This document shows, one piece after another, positions 10,101 to 24,000 of a DNA stretch of 64,000 nt. The notes below the pieces were generated by a model that saw only the letters and a program-made list of their open reading frames with translations, did no database searches and had not been told where the DNA came from. Positions within the stretch are counted from its first letter, which is position 1; each line of letters begins with the position of its first letter. The DNA is from Lama guanicoe. Lineage: Eukaryota. A program made the translations under genes and the position numbers. The stretch spans positions 3,163,225-3,227,224 of the forward strand of contig MU055269.1 of the NCBI GenBank assembly GCA_013239625.1. The letters run 5' to 3'.

Positions 10101-12929
10101 CCTCCAGACCCGTCACGGCGCCGGGATGGGAATGGAATGGAGCGATACCCCAGCCGGTCAACGTGAGGGTGTTGCAGTCTGTTAACCACAACAGCCTGGT
10201 TGCATTTCACGCACCGCACAGCTAAACAGACTACCTGGCCAGCAGTGCCGTAGCGACGGGAGATGGTCCTTCCGAAGCTGAGCTCCAAGGTGGATACCAG
10301 AGAGTGCATCTGGGGAGGAGACTGGGTTCTTGGCGCAATGAGAAATGCCCAGAGAGCTGGGGAGTTTGTAAGGCTCACGGGTGCCGACGCTTGGGGCCCC
10401 TCTGAGAGATGCGATTGGCTCCTTAAGTAGATCCCAGGTATTTGATGGAGAAGGACCTGCTTTGGGCCTGAAGGTACCAACAGCCTGGGATTCAGCTGAT
10501 GTGACATGCGACATGCTCAGGAGATGCGTTCTGCGGCCCAGGACCAGAATTCAGACCCCCAGATCTTTCTCCACACCCACAAACCAAGTAGAATTCTCAA
10601 AACCCTGTCACCGCCTTGTGAAAGGTCTTCCATTGTTCCACAAAGGGCTGCAGAGTTGGCCCTTCCGTCCTCATGGATGCGACTGACGTCAGAGTGAGTG
10701 AAAAGCTGGCGGACCCTCTGCAGAGCGGGGACCTCTGCCCACAGAGCGGCTGCTCTGATACAGGGCTCCCTGTGTCCCCTCTTTTATTCCCCTCAACCCC
10801 ACCCTCCGTGTAATAAGGAAATCACACTTTGCTTTGTTTTACAAAAGGATGCAGTCAGGCACTCACCTGGCCTTGAATAAAGCAGGAGAGACAGACCCAG
10901 GGGAAGGTCCCCATCACCTCCTGGCAGGAGCGAGGACTGAAGTGCCCAGAAGTCGGCCCTGAACTCCATCTCTTCCATGCGACTCACCGTCCACCTGCAG
11001 CGACCTCTGCTTCCTCAAGACCTGGGGACTGTGCTCGACTGAGAAAGGAGACTTTCCAGCATGAATTATTTCTGAGCAAAACTACAATTTGACATACTTT
11101 TAAATGTAAATAAGCTTTATAATTTAGTTTTTAATTGATTTAACCATCAATCCTCACCTTCCAATGAATCTCAACCAAAAACGTAGCGATTTCTTTTTTG
11201 GACAAGAACGGAAGTTCATTCTGTGTCTTTGCTCCAAAATGCACATTTAGCAAAAAGGCGTTTCAAGGGTTCTCTCCCTCCCCTCAGCATCTCCCCGCCT
11301 TGCGGGAAAGGCTAACACGCTGGCAAGTCCAGCGGCGGGGCAGAAACTCATCATTATTGAGCGAGACCATCTCCATCTGAGAGATCATGTCTTCTGGGAC
11401 GTCCCGGAGCGTCGTGTCCCTACGCAGCCAGCGCAGCCGGAGGACAGAGGAGCCCGGGGCCCGGGGCCCTCTGGGACCACATCTGAAGTCATGGGGGGAC
11501 AGGATTCCTCTCTAGTGTAGTTCTGGGGCCCGATGGGGACTCTATGGCGTAGGGGCCCTGAGACCATTCGGTCTGGGCGTCTTGTCTCCTCCCAGGAGAA
11601 GCCCTCGGAGGGTCAGTGGTCTCGGGCCTTCCTTGTGCCAGTAAGGCTCTCGCCTCACAAAGTTCCCAGACCCGCTGCGGTCCCCGCTTTTCTACGCCTC
11701 CTCCCCTTTCTTCCCAGCAGCCACCTTGAGACCCTCTGAAAAGATGGAAGGAAGGCCACGCGGCCCACTGTTTGCCCAGAGAAGCCCTTGAAATTCAAGA
11801 TACTTTTCGGTCTTACCTCCCGCCTTTTAGAATCCAGAAGCGACTTCTTCCAACCCTGAAACCCTCTTGACATCTCACCTGTTTTGATTTTTTTTCCTTT
11901 TATTTCTACTTGAAACCCACCAGCAGTTGTCTGAGCTCACCTCCTGCTTGGAACGCCTCCCCGGCAGTGGCTTGGCTCTTCCAGAAGACCCCCTGTGGCC
12001 AGAGGCTCGGTGACGAGGTCTCCCTTCCAAGTCCTTGTGGGCGACAGTCCTGCCAGTGTTCCTTTCCGCGTTCAGTGGGCCCCCACGCCTGCCCTGCCGA
12101 CTTCTCGCCACCCGTCCGCAGAGCGCCAGAGCCGGGCTGTAGTTTCAGGTTTCTATTACATCCGCACCCCCTTCCAAATGGAATAAGGATAAGCCCCCGA
12201 GTCTCAGGGGTTTAACCAAGTGAGTTCCCATTCACATAGAATCCAGCGTGGCCACTTCCACGGGCCACTGGCCACCTTCCACATGGCCATTCTGGAGCCA
12301 GGCTCCTTCCGTCTGACCACTTAACCCTCCTCCAGGGCTCCAGACATCCCTGCGCTCAGCCATGGGTGGGCAAGGCCACCAGCTCTTTTACACCTCGATG
12401 CAGAAGAGACCTACGTAACCTCCACTCTGCTCCACTGGTGACAACCAGTCCCCGGGCTCCACCAAGATGCCTGGGGCTGCAAAGGAGCCCGAGAGCAGCT
12501 CCCCACTCTGGACGAGGAAACCCAAATCGCTGAAGCCTTCTGTGCCGAGTGCCCTGCGAGGGCGCTTTGAAAATGCAGTGATAGGAAGTCTGAAGCGAGA
12601 AACAGAAGACAGTCAGATGGCTCGGAACGGCAGAGACAGGAGGGCTCAGTGCGGCTTCAAGTGCATTCACTTCTGGTGGGCCCAGCGTGGTCGCGGGTGT
12701 CTGCTCTGTGCCACATGGCCGTGGGGATGGAAGGGCCCTTCCTGCTCACTTAGGTGGCAAACCTGGAGACCCCGGTCTCCTTCTCACTGGAAACGTCAGA
12801 ACTGTGTGTAGATTCCACTGAGCAGTTACACCTCCTGCTCAAACTCTGCTCCACACTTTCCAAGTGAACACATCATCTTCTTAGAAACAGTTCTGGCTCA
12901 GTTTGGAACATTTTGCCTACCAATTTTGA

Positions 12930-13150
12930 AGTACATCCAATCTTTTCACAGGCATGTTATGAACACCGACCACATGCCCAGCCTTGGGCTAAACACTGGA
13001 GCTAGAAAGGAAGACCCAAGCTGCTCTTGGAAACCAAGTCTTCTGGGCAAGGTGGCCTGTAGGACGGGAGATATGGCATGCTTGGTGCCAGGAGGGATGC
13101 GGGAAGAAAGTGGGGGCAGTGGCTTCAGAGGTCCTGCAAATTCCCTCACC
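12930..13150 (-). mobile_element. L2 3' end fragment
   Basis: CATCCAATCTTTTCACAGGCATGTTATGAACACCGACCACATGCCCAGCCTTGGGCTAAACACTGGAG resembles the antisense L2 tail (CATTCAACAAATATTTATTGAGCACCTACTATGTGCCAGGCACTGTGCTAGGTGCTGGGG). Confidence 0.5.
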
Positions 13151-15289
13151 CTCACTGTCCGTGTGGAAAGGGCACGTTTACTTGTTCGGTGACAGTCAGT
13201 ACCCCAGTGTGAAGTCAGAAACGTAAACTGACAAGTACACAGAGTTAAGCGGGGACAGGAACGGGCGATTTTGAGAAACGGATCTGTGTTTATTGATTAT
13301 CTCTAGACGGGGTTGGGGTACAGCAGTGGCGACATGACACCCAAAACAAAACAACAGAAAAGGGGCTGGTTCCAGCTCTCCCGTCAACACTTGCCATCAC
13401 TGGACAACTTGCGGCTCTGGGCAGCCCACTGCCTGCACCCCATCTGCTAAACAGAGGTGCCAACTCCCCTCTCCCGTGAGGATGCTGGCGGGTGGGAGCC
13501 AGGGTTGCTGTGGTAACCCCTAGCCGCAAAGGCTCTCTCCATCCCCAGGCCCCAGCTGGCTCCGCCTCCCAGCCTCCAGCCCTGGTCCACCCGTGGAGCT
13601 GTCCGTGGTCCTCACGCTCCTCCGGGCTCAGCCTCCGAAGGATCACTCAACACTCAGCTAAACTTTCCTTCGCGTGGAGTGTAATTACACATCCCCCTAA
13701 TACGAGAGCGGGACCGCGTTAGAAGGGCTTCCGCACAGGTCGAATTGCAGCAGAGGTAACTGCTGGCAGCCTGAGGGACTGGGCCTCTGGAAACTTTATT
13801 TGCTATTCATCATCCAAGCTGCAGAAAAATAGGGTAAGAAGTTTTAATTATCCCGACAGCCAGGGTTTCAAAGGCATGGAGACATCTGAGGCTGCCTGAC
13901 AAGACTACTGGATGAGCTAAAGTCACCAGGAGAACAGGTGTGTGTGTGTGAGGCAGAATCTTCTCATCTTTTAAAAAGGTGGACCTTGATTGCCGCCTGT
14001 TTACAATCTACACAGAAAGGGAGTGAGTGGAGGCTGGTTCTTCACAGGGCGTTTGGGGATATTGGAAAAATTAAATCCTCCCTATGTCTGTCACGTGGAG
14101 ACGTGATGCTGGGACGTGTGAGCAGAAGGTTGACAGGGCAGAGCACCTGAGACACGGCGTCTGTGGGTGGTGAGGGAGGCCGGGGCAGCAGGTCAATGGT
14201 GGTGGCGCAGCAACAGAGACCTCAAGCCGGGAGGGGCTCTGCAGAGAAGACGGCCCTATGGTGCTGTCCCCACTGAAACGGGCAGGCACTTGCAGCCTTG
14301 CTCCGTCATCTAGTCTCTGGTGGGGTTGCTCCAGGCGGACCCCGCTGTGGACCCCGCTGTGGGACCCCAGCAGCACACCCCATGTCTAGTACGACCTCTG
14401 CCTTTTGGCTCGGCTCCGACTTCTCTCCGCTGTTGGCAATCCTCTGCTCCTCCTGCCGTGAGAATGGCCTTTTGGTGCACTTGCCAAAACCTCTCGCGAT
14501 GGCTCGGGAGTCTGGTCACTGAAGGCGTCCCTCCTGCCTCCCCCTCTGGGGCTCGAAGCCTACTGGCTTCACAGCAAAGAATTCTGATTGGTGAGATTTC
14601 ACTTCAATTGTTTTCAGTCAAATTAATGGAGAATGAAAGTACAAAACTTTATCTTCTTCTTCTAATGTGATATTTTATGTCCAGAATTATGTTATAATAA
14701 AAAATTCTCTGTGCTCTATAAAACAACTGATTTAAAGCTTGGAAAGAAATATCTTGGCTTCTTGGCTAACACCAGCTGCTAAAGGGCAGTAAAACGTTTA
14801 TATGCACAAGAACACACATCCGAATCACCCAATCTCACAAAAATATTCTGTAATATCCATGCGTCATTTCTGTAGAAAGACTGAAGGGTGAAGATATATG
14901 GTGCCTGTAAAGATGTTTCTTCAAGAATTTCTACTTTTCCCCATCATTTCTGAATTAGCCACTTCCAATGATAAGTTTTTCGCTTTCTGTGCATTTTTAC
15001 CACATCTCGATTTAAATGTATGAACTTATAATGCCCATCTACGTGACTATTTCAAAGAATTTGTATTAATGCCTGCTTTTGAATCACGAGATAGTGTTGT
15101 GAGTGGACAAAATCTTAACACAGTCCTTTTAAGTGGACACTAGCCGATCACATTGCCACGTACCAAGAGGTGCGTGAGATTTCACAAACTCAAACAAAAT
15201 AAAATGACACCAGGCACACAAATACTTCCTGGATAAATTCCAGTAACAAGATTTAATTTCAACAGATATTTTCAGCCAAGCTTTACATA

Positions 15290-16098
15290 GGAACCATGTT
15301 GATACACTTTAGGACCAGCCGGAGGGTCCCTAACTCCCATTGTGGAATCGAATAAACTGGAATAATGGGAGGGAGGGAGGAGGAAAAAATTTTTTTCCTT
15401 ATGGAAAAAAATCCGACCACTAAATGCAGTAGCAGTGAGAGAAACTGGAAATCACCATTGCCACGCCTCCCTAGGTGGTGTCACAGATCCACACTGAGAT
15501 GCTGAGATTGGTGGGAAAAGTTTGCAAAGAAACTGAGTATTTGTGTGATTTCGAGTCCCCCCCCCATCCCCCGAGGTATTTATTAAATACAAAGGGAAAG
15601 CAGCAACTTCACTGCGGAGAGATCTGGCCGACACCCCTTCAGCCAAATGAGGCGCAGCGACACTGTGGACCTCCCAGCCGGACGCCCTGAGAATCGGGCG
15701 CCCCTTCTTGGACACTCTTGCCAGGCACGCATGCCTTTGATCTAATCGGGAGGAAGCTGCGGGACTTCCTACAAAGCAACTGGCCAGCGCTCTTCACAAA
15801 TGCCAAGGGTGCGAAAGACGAGGACTGGGGACCATCTCAGATAGGAAGCTGGGCGCCCTGACAGCCAAGCGCCGGAGGGGACCCCTGCTCGAGCCCAGGC
15901 AGGACAAGGGCCTTAGCAGGGAAATCAGTAAACTGGATGAGGTCTGCCGTGTCGTCGACAGTGTTGCCCAAACTTAACGTCCCCGTCTCAGAATTGCACC
16001 CTTGGAGTGCACCATGTCAGCATCGGGAGGAACATTCATAGATCACCACGTAATTTTTGCAGCTTCTCTGTAAGTCTAAAGTCACCTCAAAAAAAATT
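15290..16098 (+). mobile_element. Ancient L1 3' end, L1MC4-like
   Basis: Collinear matches to L1MC 3'UTR motifs: TAAATGCAGTAG..GAAATCACCATT, GGTATTTATTAAATACAAAGGGAAA..CACTGCGGAGAGATCTGGCCGACAC, GGGACTTCCTACAAAGCAACTGGCC, terminal TTTTTGCAGCTTCTCTGTAAGTCTAAA plus A tail. Confidence 0.8.
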
Positions 16099-19000
16099 TT
16101 TTTAACTAGCTGCAGCTGTGCTGAGTTCCTGGGGGTCTCGTCAATGCAACTGCAGGAAACAGCATCACAGAGCTTTGCCCTGGAAGCAAAGAGCCTGCTG
16201 GGAGCCCCAGACAGCGCCAGGCCCCCGAAACCCCAAGCTGCCCCTCCGGGTCCGCCAGGCTTCATCCTGCAGCACGCTTTCTCCAACGCCTCCACCATAA
16301 ACGCCACCATCAAAAACGCTGGTGTCTGAACTGCAGGTCGGGGCAGACAAGCCAGTGAGCAGCAGGGAAAGAGGAAATGGAAACAAGGCTGGTGGAAACA
16401 GGATGTTCAGGGGAAGGACAGCCAATGGGTCTGACCCGGGCCCTCACTCGCCCCGTGAGACGTCTTATACTCACCTCACAGGCAGCGAACGTGGCCAGGA
16501 GCCCTCCATTTGAAAGGGGGAGACAGTCACGCATCGCCACACAAGCACACCGGAGCTCATATTCAGAAGCTCTGGAGACGCCAAAGTGCCTTTTTATACC
16601 ATCGAGAAGGGCCAGCAATTGCCCAGAGTGGGGCCAGAGGGGAAGGCGTCTGGGTTGAAGCTGTGAAGGCTGCTGGGCACGTGGGGAGGCGGACAAGAAG
16701 ACTGGGGGAGGCCGCCCCCAGGGCCCTCAGGAGCACGTCCCAGATGAGCCCCCAGGACGCTGGCCGTGCCAGAGGGCAGTCTGGGCCTCCCGGGTCGCGG
16801 TTCTCACCTGGGCACGGGGACCTCAGGTCAACACTCAGCAACACGTGCCCAAGTGATTCACACTCCACCCAGAAGGGAGGTACTGGGAAGCCAGGCCCTG
16901 CACCTTTACCCTCTTCCACATCCACAGCCAGAGGCGGAACGGGCATGGGGGGGCCCTAATTTAGAAGGTGTGTCTCTGTGGGGCACAAGCTAGAAGAACA
17001 CAGGCCTTCCCTGGGCATTCACCACGAAAGGAAAAGGGTATTTTCAAAGCAAAATGCCTCCGAGTCCCTCCACTAAAGGAGAAGCCCTTCTGTGGAGACC
17101 AGTCCCACAGCCGTCTACTGAAGCCTTCACAGAGATGGCCCTAGTCACCGTGCATCTAACATCACACTGCAGCGAAAGGGAGGGTCCTGAAATATTTATA
17201 TGAACACAAGGTGAGACTTAACCAGCGGTGACTACTTCAGCTCCCTGCATTATCGTATTGCTGCTAAGCCGGAATCCTCTCAGTGTTTCACAGGCTGCAG
17301 CTCCCAGCGGGGCATCGTTGCGCCCCTGGCTTCTCCCGTGAAGGTTGCCTGTCGTTTACTATGTGGTGGATGTGCAATTGGAAATTATATGGAAAGGTAA
17401 AAAAAAAATTCACATTTTACACTGGGGTTTTTTCCCTCAGTGCATTAGTTACATGAAGATAACACTAGATTTGTTGAAAGGTCTCAGAAAACATTTTTCT
17501 TCCTCCCCAAAGATTTCTGTAATTACACAGGGTCAAAACATAGAAACTGTAGCTGCGCTAACCCTTCCACTCCACGCTGTGCCATTCCGGGCGGTTTTTC
17601 ACCGTCATCTTGACATGGTTCCGATGCTAAACACACCACTCGGTCCTTCTCGAAGGCAGAACTAGAACCTCTCCAAAGGAAGAGGAGCTGGCGGTCCCAC
17701 CCAGCAGCAGGCTGGTCTTTGCGCTGGGGGAGCTCTGTGGGGGGACATGCTGCGCGTACCCCTAATTAGCGTTAATGAGAGTCACACACGCGTGTCCAAA
17801 ATCAGGCCCCATGATGCTGAAGTTAATGCGGGGTAAATTATAGCACCGGGAGTGTCAGTGCTTCTCAAAATGAATGAAGCAAGCTGCGGGGTTCTATTGG
17901 CAATACAAGCGTTAGACCCACGGCAGGTGCCCACGCCGTGGGCCAGCTCACCCTTCCCTGCTGGGCGGCCGGCCTGACTGGGGTCGGCGGTCAGCGTTGG
18001 CATCACGGCCCCAGGGCAGACAGAGGAGCGAGCTTTCAGCTCAGAGCCCCTTGACCTGCAGGGCACCCCATGCCCCAGCCTGACCTGTTCCAACACCTCC
18101 CAGTCTCCCTGCTGGGAGCCAGTCAAAGCCCTTGACTTCAAGGTCACTGCTAACAGCTGGAGTTTTGTCCTGCCCACCCCTAGGATAGGATCCGCAGTCC
18201 AATACACACCAACCAAAGTGGGCGGGGGGTGCCCCGAGCACAGCCCTGGGTGCGGCCAGGTGCAGGCAGGTTGGAGCGAGGGGCGCTGCCCGAGGCCCTC
18301 AGCTCAGTCCGTCACAGGAAGCCCCTGGGGCGGGGGTGGAGGAAGCACACGGAGCCCGCAGCCTTCTCACTGACGCCGGCAGCTCTGGGTGAGCCGGACC
18401 CCTTCTCCCTGCCCTGGGAGATACTCAAGGCCGCTCGCAGACACCCAGGCCTTGTGGGGTGGGGGTCGTGGAGACATGCAGTCAATTGGCGTAAACCCAA
18501 CAGAGAAGAGACAGAGGCGCAGCCACATGTTTTCTTCTCGGGAGTTAGTGGCCATGTTGCTTGAAAAGGTTCGAGAGTGGCCAGAGACGCAGACAAACCC
18601 GCGCTCAGACGGGGCCCAAACCCTCCTGGGCGGTTAGCAGCCCCAAAACACTCCCAGCATCTCCTTCTGGCAAGACGTTGACAGAAACGCTCCGCTGTCA
18701 CCCACGCCAACAGGTCGCCTCGGCCTCGGTCGCTTCCACTCCAGACTCCTTTAGAAGAGCAGAGAGGTGAACAAAGAAGGGGCCGCCCTTTCGGGAAGGG
18801 GAGGGGGTGGGGTGCAGATATGACTGCGGGTGAGGACGGTGTGGTCTAAATACCCCGTCACTCTGTCCATCGCTCTCCTTGGAAGGTGTGTCATGGGAAT
18901 AGGTTCATTCACTCAGCAGAGTCTCCTTCGCCCGCAGGGCCCTGGCACCCCCGGGCGAGGCCCACCCCCAGCGCAAAGCACAGAGTAAAGCGAAGACAAG

Positions 19001-22000
19001 AGCTTAGTCTGGAAGGTCTGTGTCCAAGAAGGCACCCCAGGGCCCATCCTGGCAGGAGGGAGGTGGACAGAGGGCCCCGGCGCACAGAAAGGGCTGCCCA
19101 CCAAAGCCTTCAAGGCCGACGCAGACCCCTCACCGTCCTGATGCAGGCTCAACCCAGAGCCCATGGTCAGCGGTTTCTGGGTCACCCTCACCCGTCTCCT
19201 GACATTTCCAGGGTTGTACGTTGTTCCCCGAACCAGGGAACTTCAGAGTTTGCCAAGCACCAAGAGAGGAATGGCTGTGTGTGAAATAAACAGGCACATT
19301 TGCTGAGACTCCAGAACTGAGTGCCTCCCATCCTCGGGAAGGAGCCAGGGTGGGGGCAAACCAAAGTGCCATGTCGTCTGGTGTCTCCACGGAAGTCCTG
19401 GGGCCAGAAGGATGCCGCGAGCCTGGCCCACGGTGTCTGCTCTGTCCATTCTCTTCCCTTCGTTTTCCCCCTTTGCTGGGAACTGATCATGAAATAGGGG
19501 GCTGTCACCTGCCACCCAGTGAGATATCGGGGCGCCCTGGGTCCCGGGCGTGGGGGACGTGGGGGTGTGTGCGGAGGCAGCAGGCCGGCCCCACACAGTC
19601 GGTCAAGGAGGAACTGGGCACCGTGCGGAGCAGCAGCGGGCAGGGCCGGAGGTGAGCCACCTGCGTCTGCCAGGCTGATGGGGAGGACAGGACGAGGTCC
19701 CCGCCAGTCAGGGTCACTGCACACGAGCAGACAGAACGCAAGCATCGCAGAGACCAGAAGCTCCCCGCCCCCAGGAAGGGCCGTCTGTCTGACGGGCTTT
19801 CTTTTAACACTATTGATTCTACCCCCAAAGGTCAGGTTCCAGGACGGCTTGTTCTCGAGGACTTTGCTAAGCCCGAGCTCCCCTGACGACTTCCTGCCAC
19901 GGGTGCTGGCTCAGAGGGTTTTCGCTCCTGGGCTGCTGTTTGATGCCCCCACAGTCACCCCGCCTCTTGGGGGCGACGCAGACGAGCCTGCTGCGGGGGT
20001 GGGGGGCCAGCTGGACGGTCCGCGTCCTGTGCACGGCTGGGCGCTGGGCTGGTCTTCCTCGTGGGGACCCCCCACAGTAGAAGCACCAGCATTCGAGACA
20101 CCTCAGGGCCCCATTTCTGTTGTTGTTTCACTGCAAACACAAATGCCAAAGGCCTGAACCGTCCCCGGAAGGCTCCCGTCTGAAGCCAGTCGTTCTAAAG
20201 CGTGTTGCCTCTAGTGAGGCCAGTTCCAGGTGGAACAGCAGAGACCGCAGCTCAGAGCGGGGCCAGGCCAGTCGCTGGGTCCGAAGGGGCCGCCCCTCAC
20301 GTTGCTGAAAACTGCAAGCAGAGCTTAGGGTGAAGCCCCGGGGCCTCGCCCTGCGCCCCCACGGGTGGGCGCCGCCCTGCCTGGCCCGGGCCGGACGGGG
20401 GAGTCGCCACCTTTACTGACAGAGGCTGAAGTGCTGCTTTCTGCGATGGCTGGAGGTCTGGTGAACGATACAACACAACGTATTATTTACACGGTGTCCC
20501 GCATACAGAGTATCACAGAACGTTTTGCAGCAGGAGTGAGACGCAGAGGAAGGAACGTCCGCCAGGCTGGCGAGGGCTCTCCGGCAGCACGGGTGGAGGC
20601 CGCAGGGAGGCAGGAGGCAGCAGGAGGCTGTCTCCCCGTTTCCGTCCCAGCCCACCGTCCTTCAAGGGCCCCAAAGACTCCCCTGCAGGGGCCCCTGGGG
20701 AGGCAAGCGTGGATGGGGGCCCGCGGTGGGTCCGCTGCCTCGGGGACGCAGCCCAGGACCGTGCCCCTGCAATTTGTCCCATTAAAACAAACACAGAGAC
20801 AGAACTTCAAAGCCTGAGAGCACCGCCCGGCTCCGTGGGGTCTGTGATTTTGCTGTGGCGCTGGCGTTTATTCTCAGAGGCAGATCAGATTAATTTTACT
20901 GCAGTTGAAAATCATGCAAATATAGTTGAGAAAGAGACAGTTAATTCTTTATTGCCCCTCCACACAGCACAAACGGCACCTCCAGAGCCAGCTCCGCCAG
21001 GCGTGTTTAGTGTTATTCCGCTATACAGTGCATCACGATGTTAATTTTCCACATTACTTTATTCCTTCTCCAGACCATATTTTACAACAGACAAAACAAA
21101 CTGCTTGTAATTACACTGCATGCCAGGACAAATTAAGTAAACACGCATTTTTAATGCTTCGGGCTGTTAGGGAGAAAACAAAGGACTCAGTTAAGGTCAA
21201 TATTAGAGTCATGCGATGGCCCAGGGACACAAGAGACAAGCCTGGATTGAACGTGGGCAGGAGGAAACGGCCACGCTCAGTGCCGCAGAGCGAGGGCCTC
21301 CCAACGGATGGACTGCCAGTGAGGCCGGGACATTTTTCCTCTTTTATATTCATTTTTTTGGAGATTCATGCTAATGCCAATAATAAAAAATTATAACAAA
21401 CTAACAGGAAAATCCGTTGAGTCATTAGCGGGGACAGAAGTCAGATGAAGGAAGCCGGCTGTCTCCCACACCTGCCTCTGAAGCTCGCAGCTAAGCAAAC
21501 ACATGTCGTCGATCCAACACCCAGATGTGAACAGATACAAGCTTTTCTTTCTCATTCCTTCCTGCAAAATAGGACTTGACCGCCACACTGAACGTTCAGA
21601 ATTGAGGAAATGCGGAACTGAGAGGGGGTTCCGGGGGCAGGAATGCTTCTAATGAGCCAATGCAATGGAAAAGAACATGGCCCATGTCCAGCAAGGCTGG
21701 GCAGGACCAGAAATAAGTGTTTCTGCTTCTCCACCCCCCGCCCCCCAATGGCAGCCACACAGAGGCTGGACACAGGCCCACAAAGGGTGCCGGGACGCAA
21801 ACCCTCGGCGGTACCGAGCCGCTGATGAGAGCCCGTGCAGAGTGGCCGGGCCTTTGGGGGCTGCGTCTGAGCACTCGGCCTCTGTTGGCCGCCCCGAAAC
21901 ATGTGCCTTGGCTTCCCCGTAAGACAGAAATGTTCAACTTCTTGATTTCAGGAACTTCCTATACATCATCAGGTACGTCCACACTCGTAACTCACAGACT

Positions 22001-22610
22001 CTGTATTTGCAAACTCGCCTGCTCCCTAAAATGTGTCTCACCTCAGTTCAGTGCTCAGAACCGCGTGGTCCTTCCCGGGGACAGGCACGGAGAGGGGAAA
22101 GTCTGAGATGCCGAGGTGCCCGGCTCAGCTGACAGAGAAGCGCCTGTCTGACCTGGCTCCACGTCTCCTCTGCCATCCCCCGGGTTCTCCAACACAAGGA
22201 CGTGGGCGTGAAGAGTGGTCAGGGTGGAGAGACAGCCCTTCCGGAACGACTCCCGCGGGGCGGTAACCTAGCTGCGGTCACCGTCCCGTCGGCCGAAACC
22301 CCCTTCCAGGCTCCTGCGCTGGTTATGGACGGGAGCGCCGGAGCTCCCAGCGCCCCGCGGAGAAGACACAGCTCACACTCCCCAGTCCTGCCCCGGCACC
22401 ACCCAGCCATCCCAGGACCTGAGCACCACCCACCTGCTGCGGAGGCCATGTCGTTCCAGGTGGCACACCCGAATGCACATCAGCTGGTCCCACAGCCTTC
22501 TGCTACTTAATTCCTCCTCCTGAGATGCAGGATTTGGGGAATGAACCAGTACCCAAACCGGATAACATGCCGCTAAATCAGCTCAACCCCACATACTCAT
22601 GCACCTCTAT

Positions 22611-22748
22611 GTGCACACGCACATGCATGGGGCACGCACGCACATACACACATGCACACACACATACACATATACACGTACACACATATTCACACACATG
22701 CACACACATTGTGCACCACAAACACGCGCACACACACTTACACACACT
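22611..22748. repeat. Degenerate (CA)n / alternating purine-pyrimidine microsatellite
   Basis: Seen directly. Confidence 0.9.
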
Positions 22749-23879
22749 TATCTGCCAGAGCTGAGTGACGCTCTGAGATCCACAGAGGCACAGCCGGCCC
22801 GGAACAGCCCTCGGGGCAGCGCAGACCCAGAGAGGCCCCTCAGCATCATGCGGGGGGCAGGGCACACCCGTCTCCGGGAAACCAGCAGCCCGCTTGCGTT
22901 CTCGGGGCCTCGCTCAGCCTTGCTTTGCTGCTTACAGCCTCACTGTCCTGGCGTGCACAAAAATGCTTTACCAGGAAAATAATTTCAGAATTCTTTTAAT
23001 AAAAGACTCTGCCAAAGACTGGCACGCCTGGAAGTGCACCACACACACACCTGATACAATCTCGGGGCTACCGCCAAGGGCAGCCATGGGGACCAGCCAG
23101 CCGGGCTGCCTCCGCCTACAGAGGAGGAGGACGTGGCCCCAGACAGTGCGATCAAATACACCGCCGCCTGGACCACCTTCTTCTCTGGAGCTGTCCTCTG
23201 GGAAGGTCTCTGCACATTCAGTGAGGAGATAGAATCAGAGTTTCCTGGGCGTGGAGCAAGAGCAGATTCAGCGGGTCATCGGTGCGGACAAGACAGAGCT
23301 CCAGCCTGAGCCGCGTGGGGCCGCTCACCCCATGCCGTTATCCAAGGACAAGAGGCTCACAAAGACTGCGGGCCGTGTTCCCATCTGCCAGCCCCCTCAG
23401 GTGAGACAGAAACACGAGCACTTGTCCCCAGGAAAGCCACCAAGAGTGGAGTCTCTGGAGCAGATCTGAGCTGTGCCCCAGGGACCTGGGGGGAACCCGA
23501 GGCCTGTTTCAGCTTCGGGGGGACTTGGTGCCACAGACGCTCAGAGACGAAGAGCCCCCCCAGGACACACCAGGTTGGGGCCTCTCATTCTGAACCTGAC
23601 CCCGTGCATGCACACAGCCCCTCCCCACCCGTCCCCCCACCAGAGCCCCCGAGAACCTCACGCCTTGTGTCTGGTGCACAGGGTCCTGGGCATCTCACAG
23701 CCGAGTCTTTGTGAAGCTGCCTCAGCCTCCATGGGTGCGTCTGGTCCTGGGAAAGGAGCAGCTGGCACCCACCCGAGAGCCAGGGCAGAGCTCCACGTCC
23801 CTGGCCCTGGCACCCCAGCGAGGAGCCCGCCCATGCCTTCTGCATCCCGCACCAGCCAGACACCGCTCCTGTCTGTCAC

Positions 23880-24000
23880 CCGGCCTCTTTGTGACTTCCA
23901 GCTTCTCTCTCTTTCAGACCATCCACTCCTTGGCACTGTGGACGTCTCTCATTTATCCCTCTGTTTCCAAGACCAAGAGCAGCAGTGGGCTTGGGAGGAG
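23880..24000 (+). mobile_element. Possible L2 3' end fragment
   Basis: AGACCATCCACTCCTTGGCACTGTGGACGTCTCTCATTTATCCCTCTGTTTCCAAGACC resembles the L2 terminus. Confidence 0.35.
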
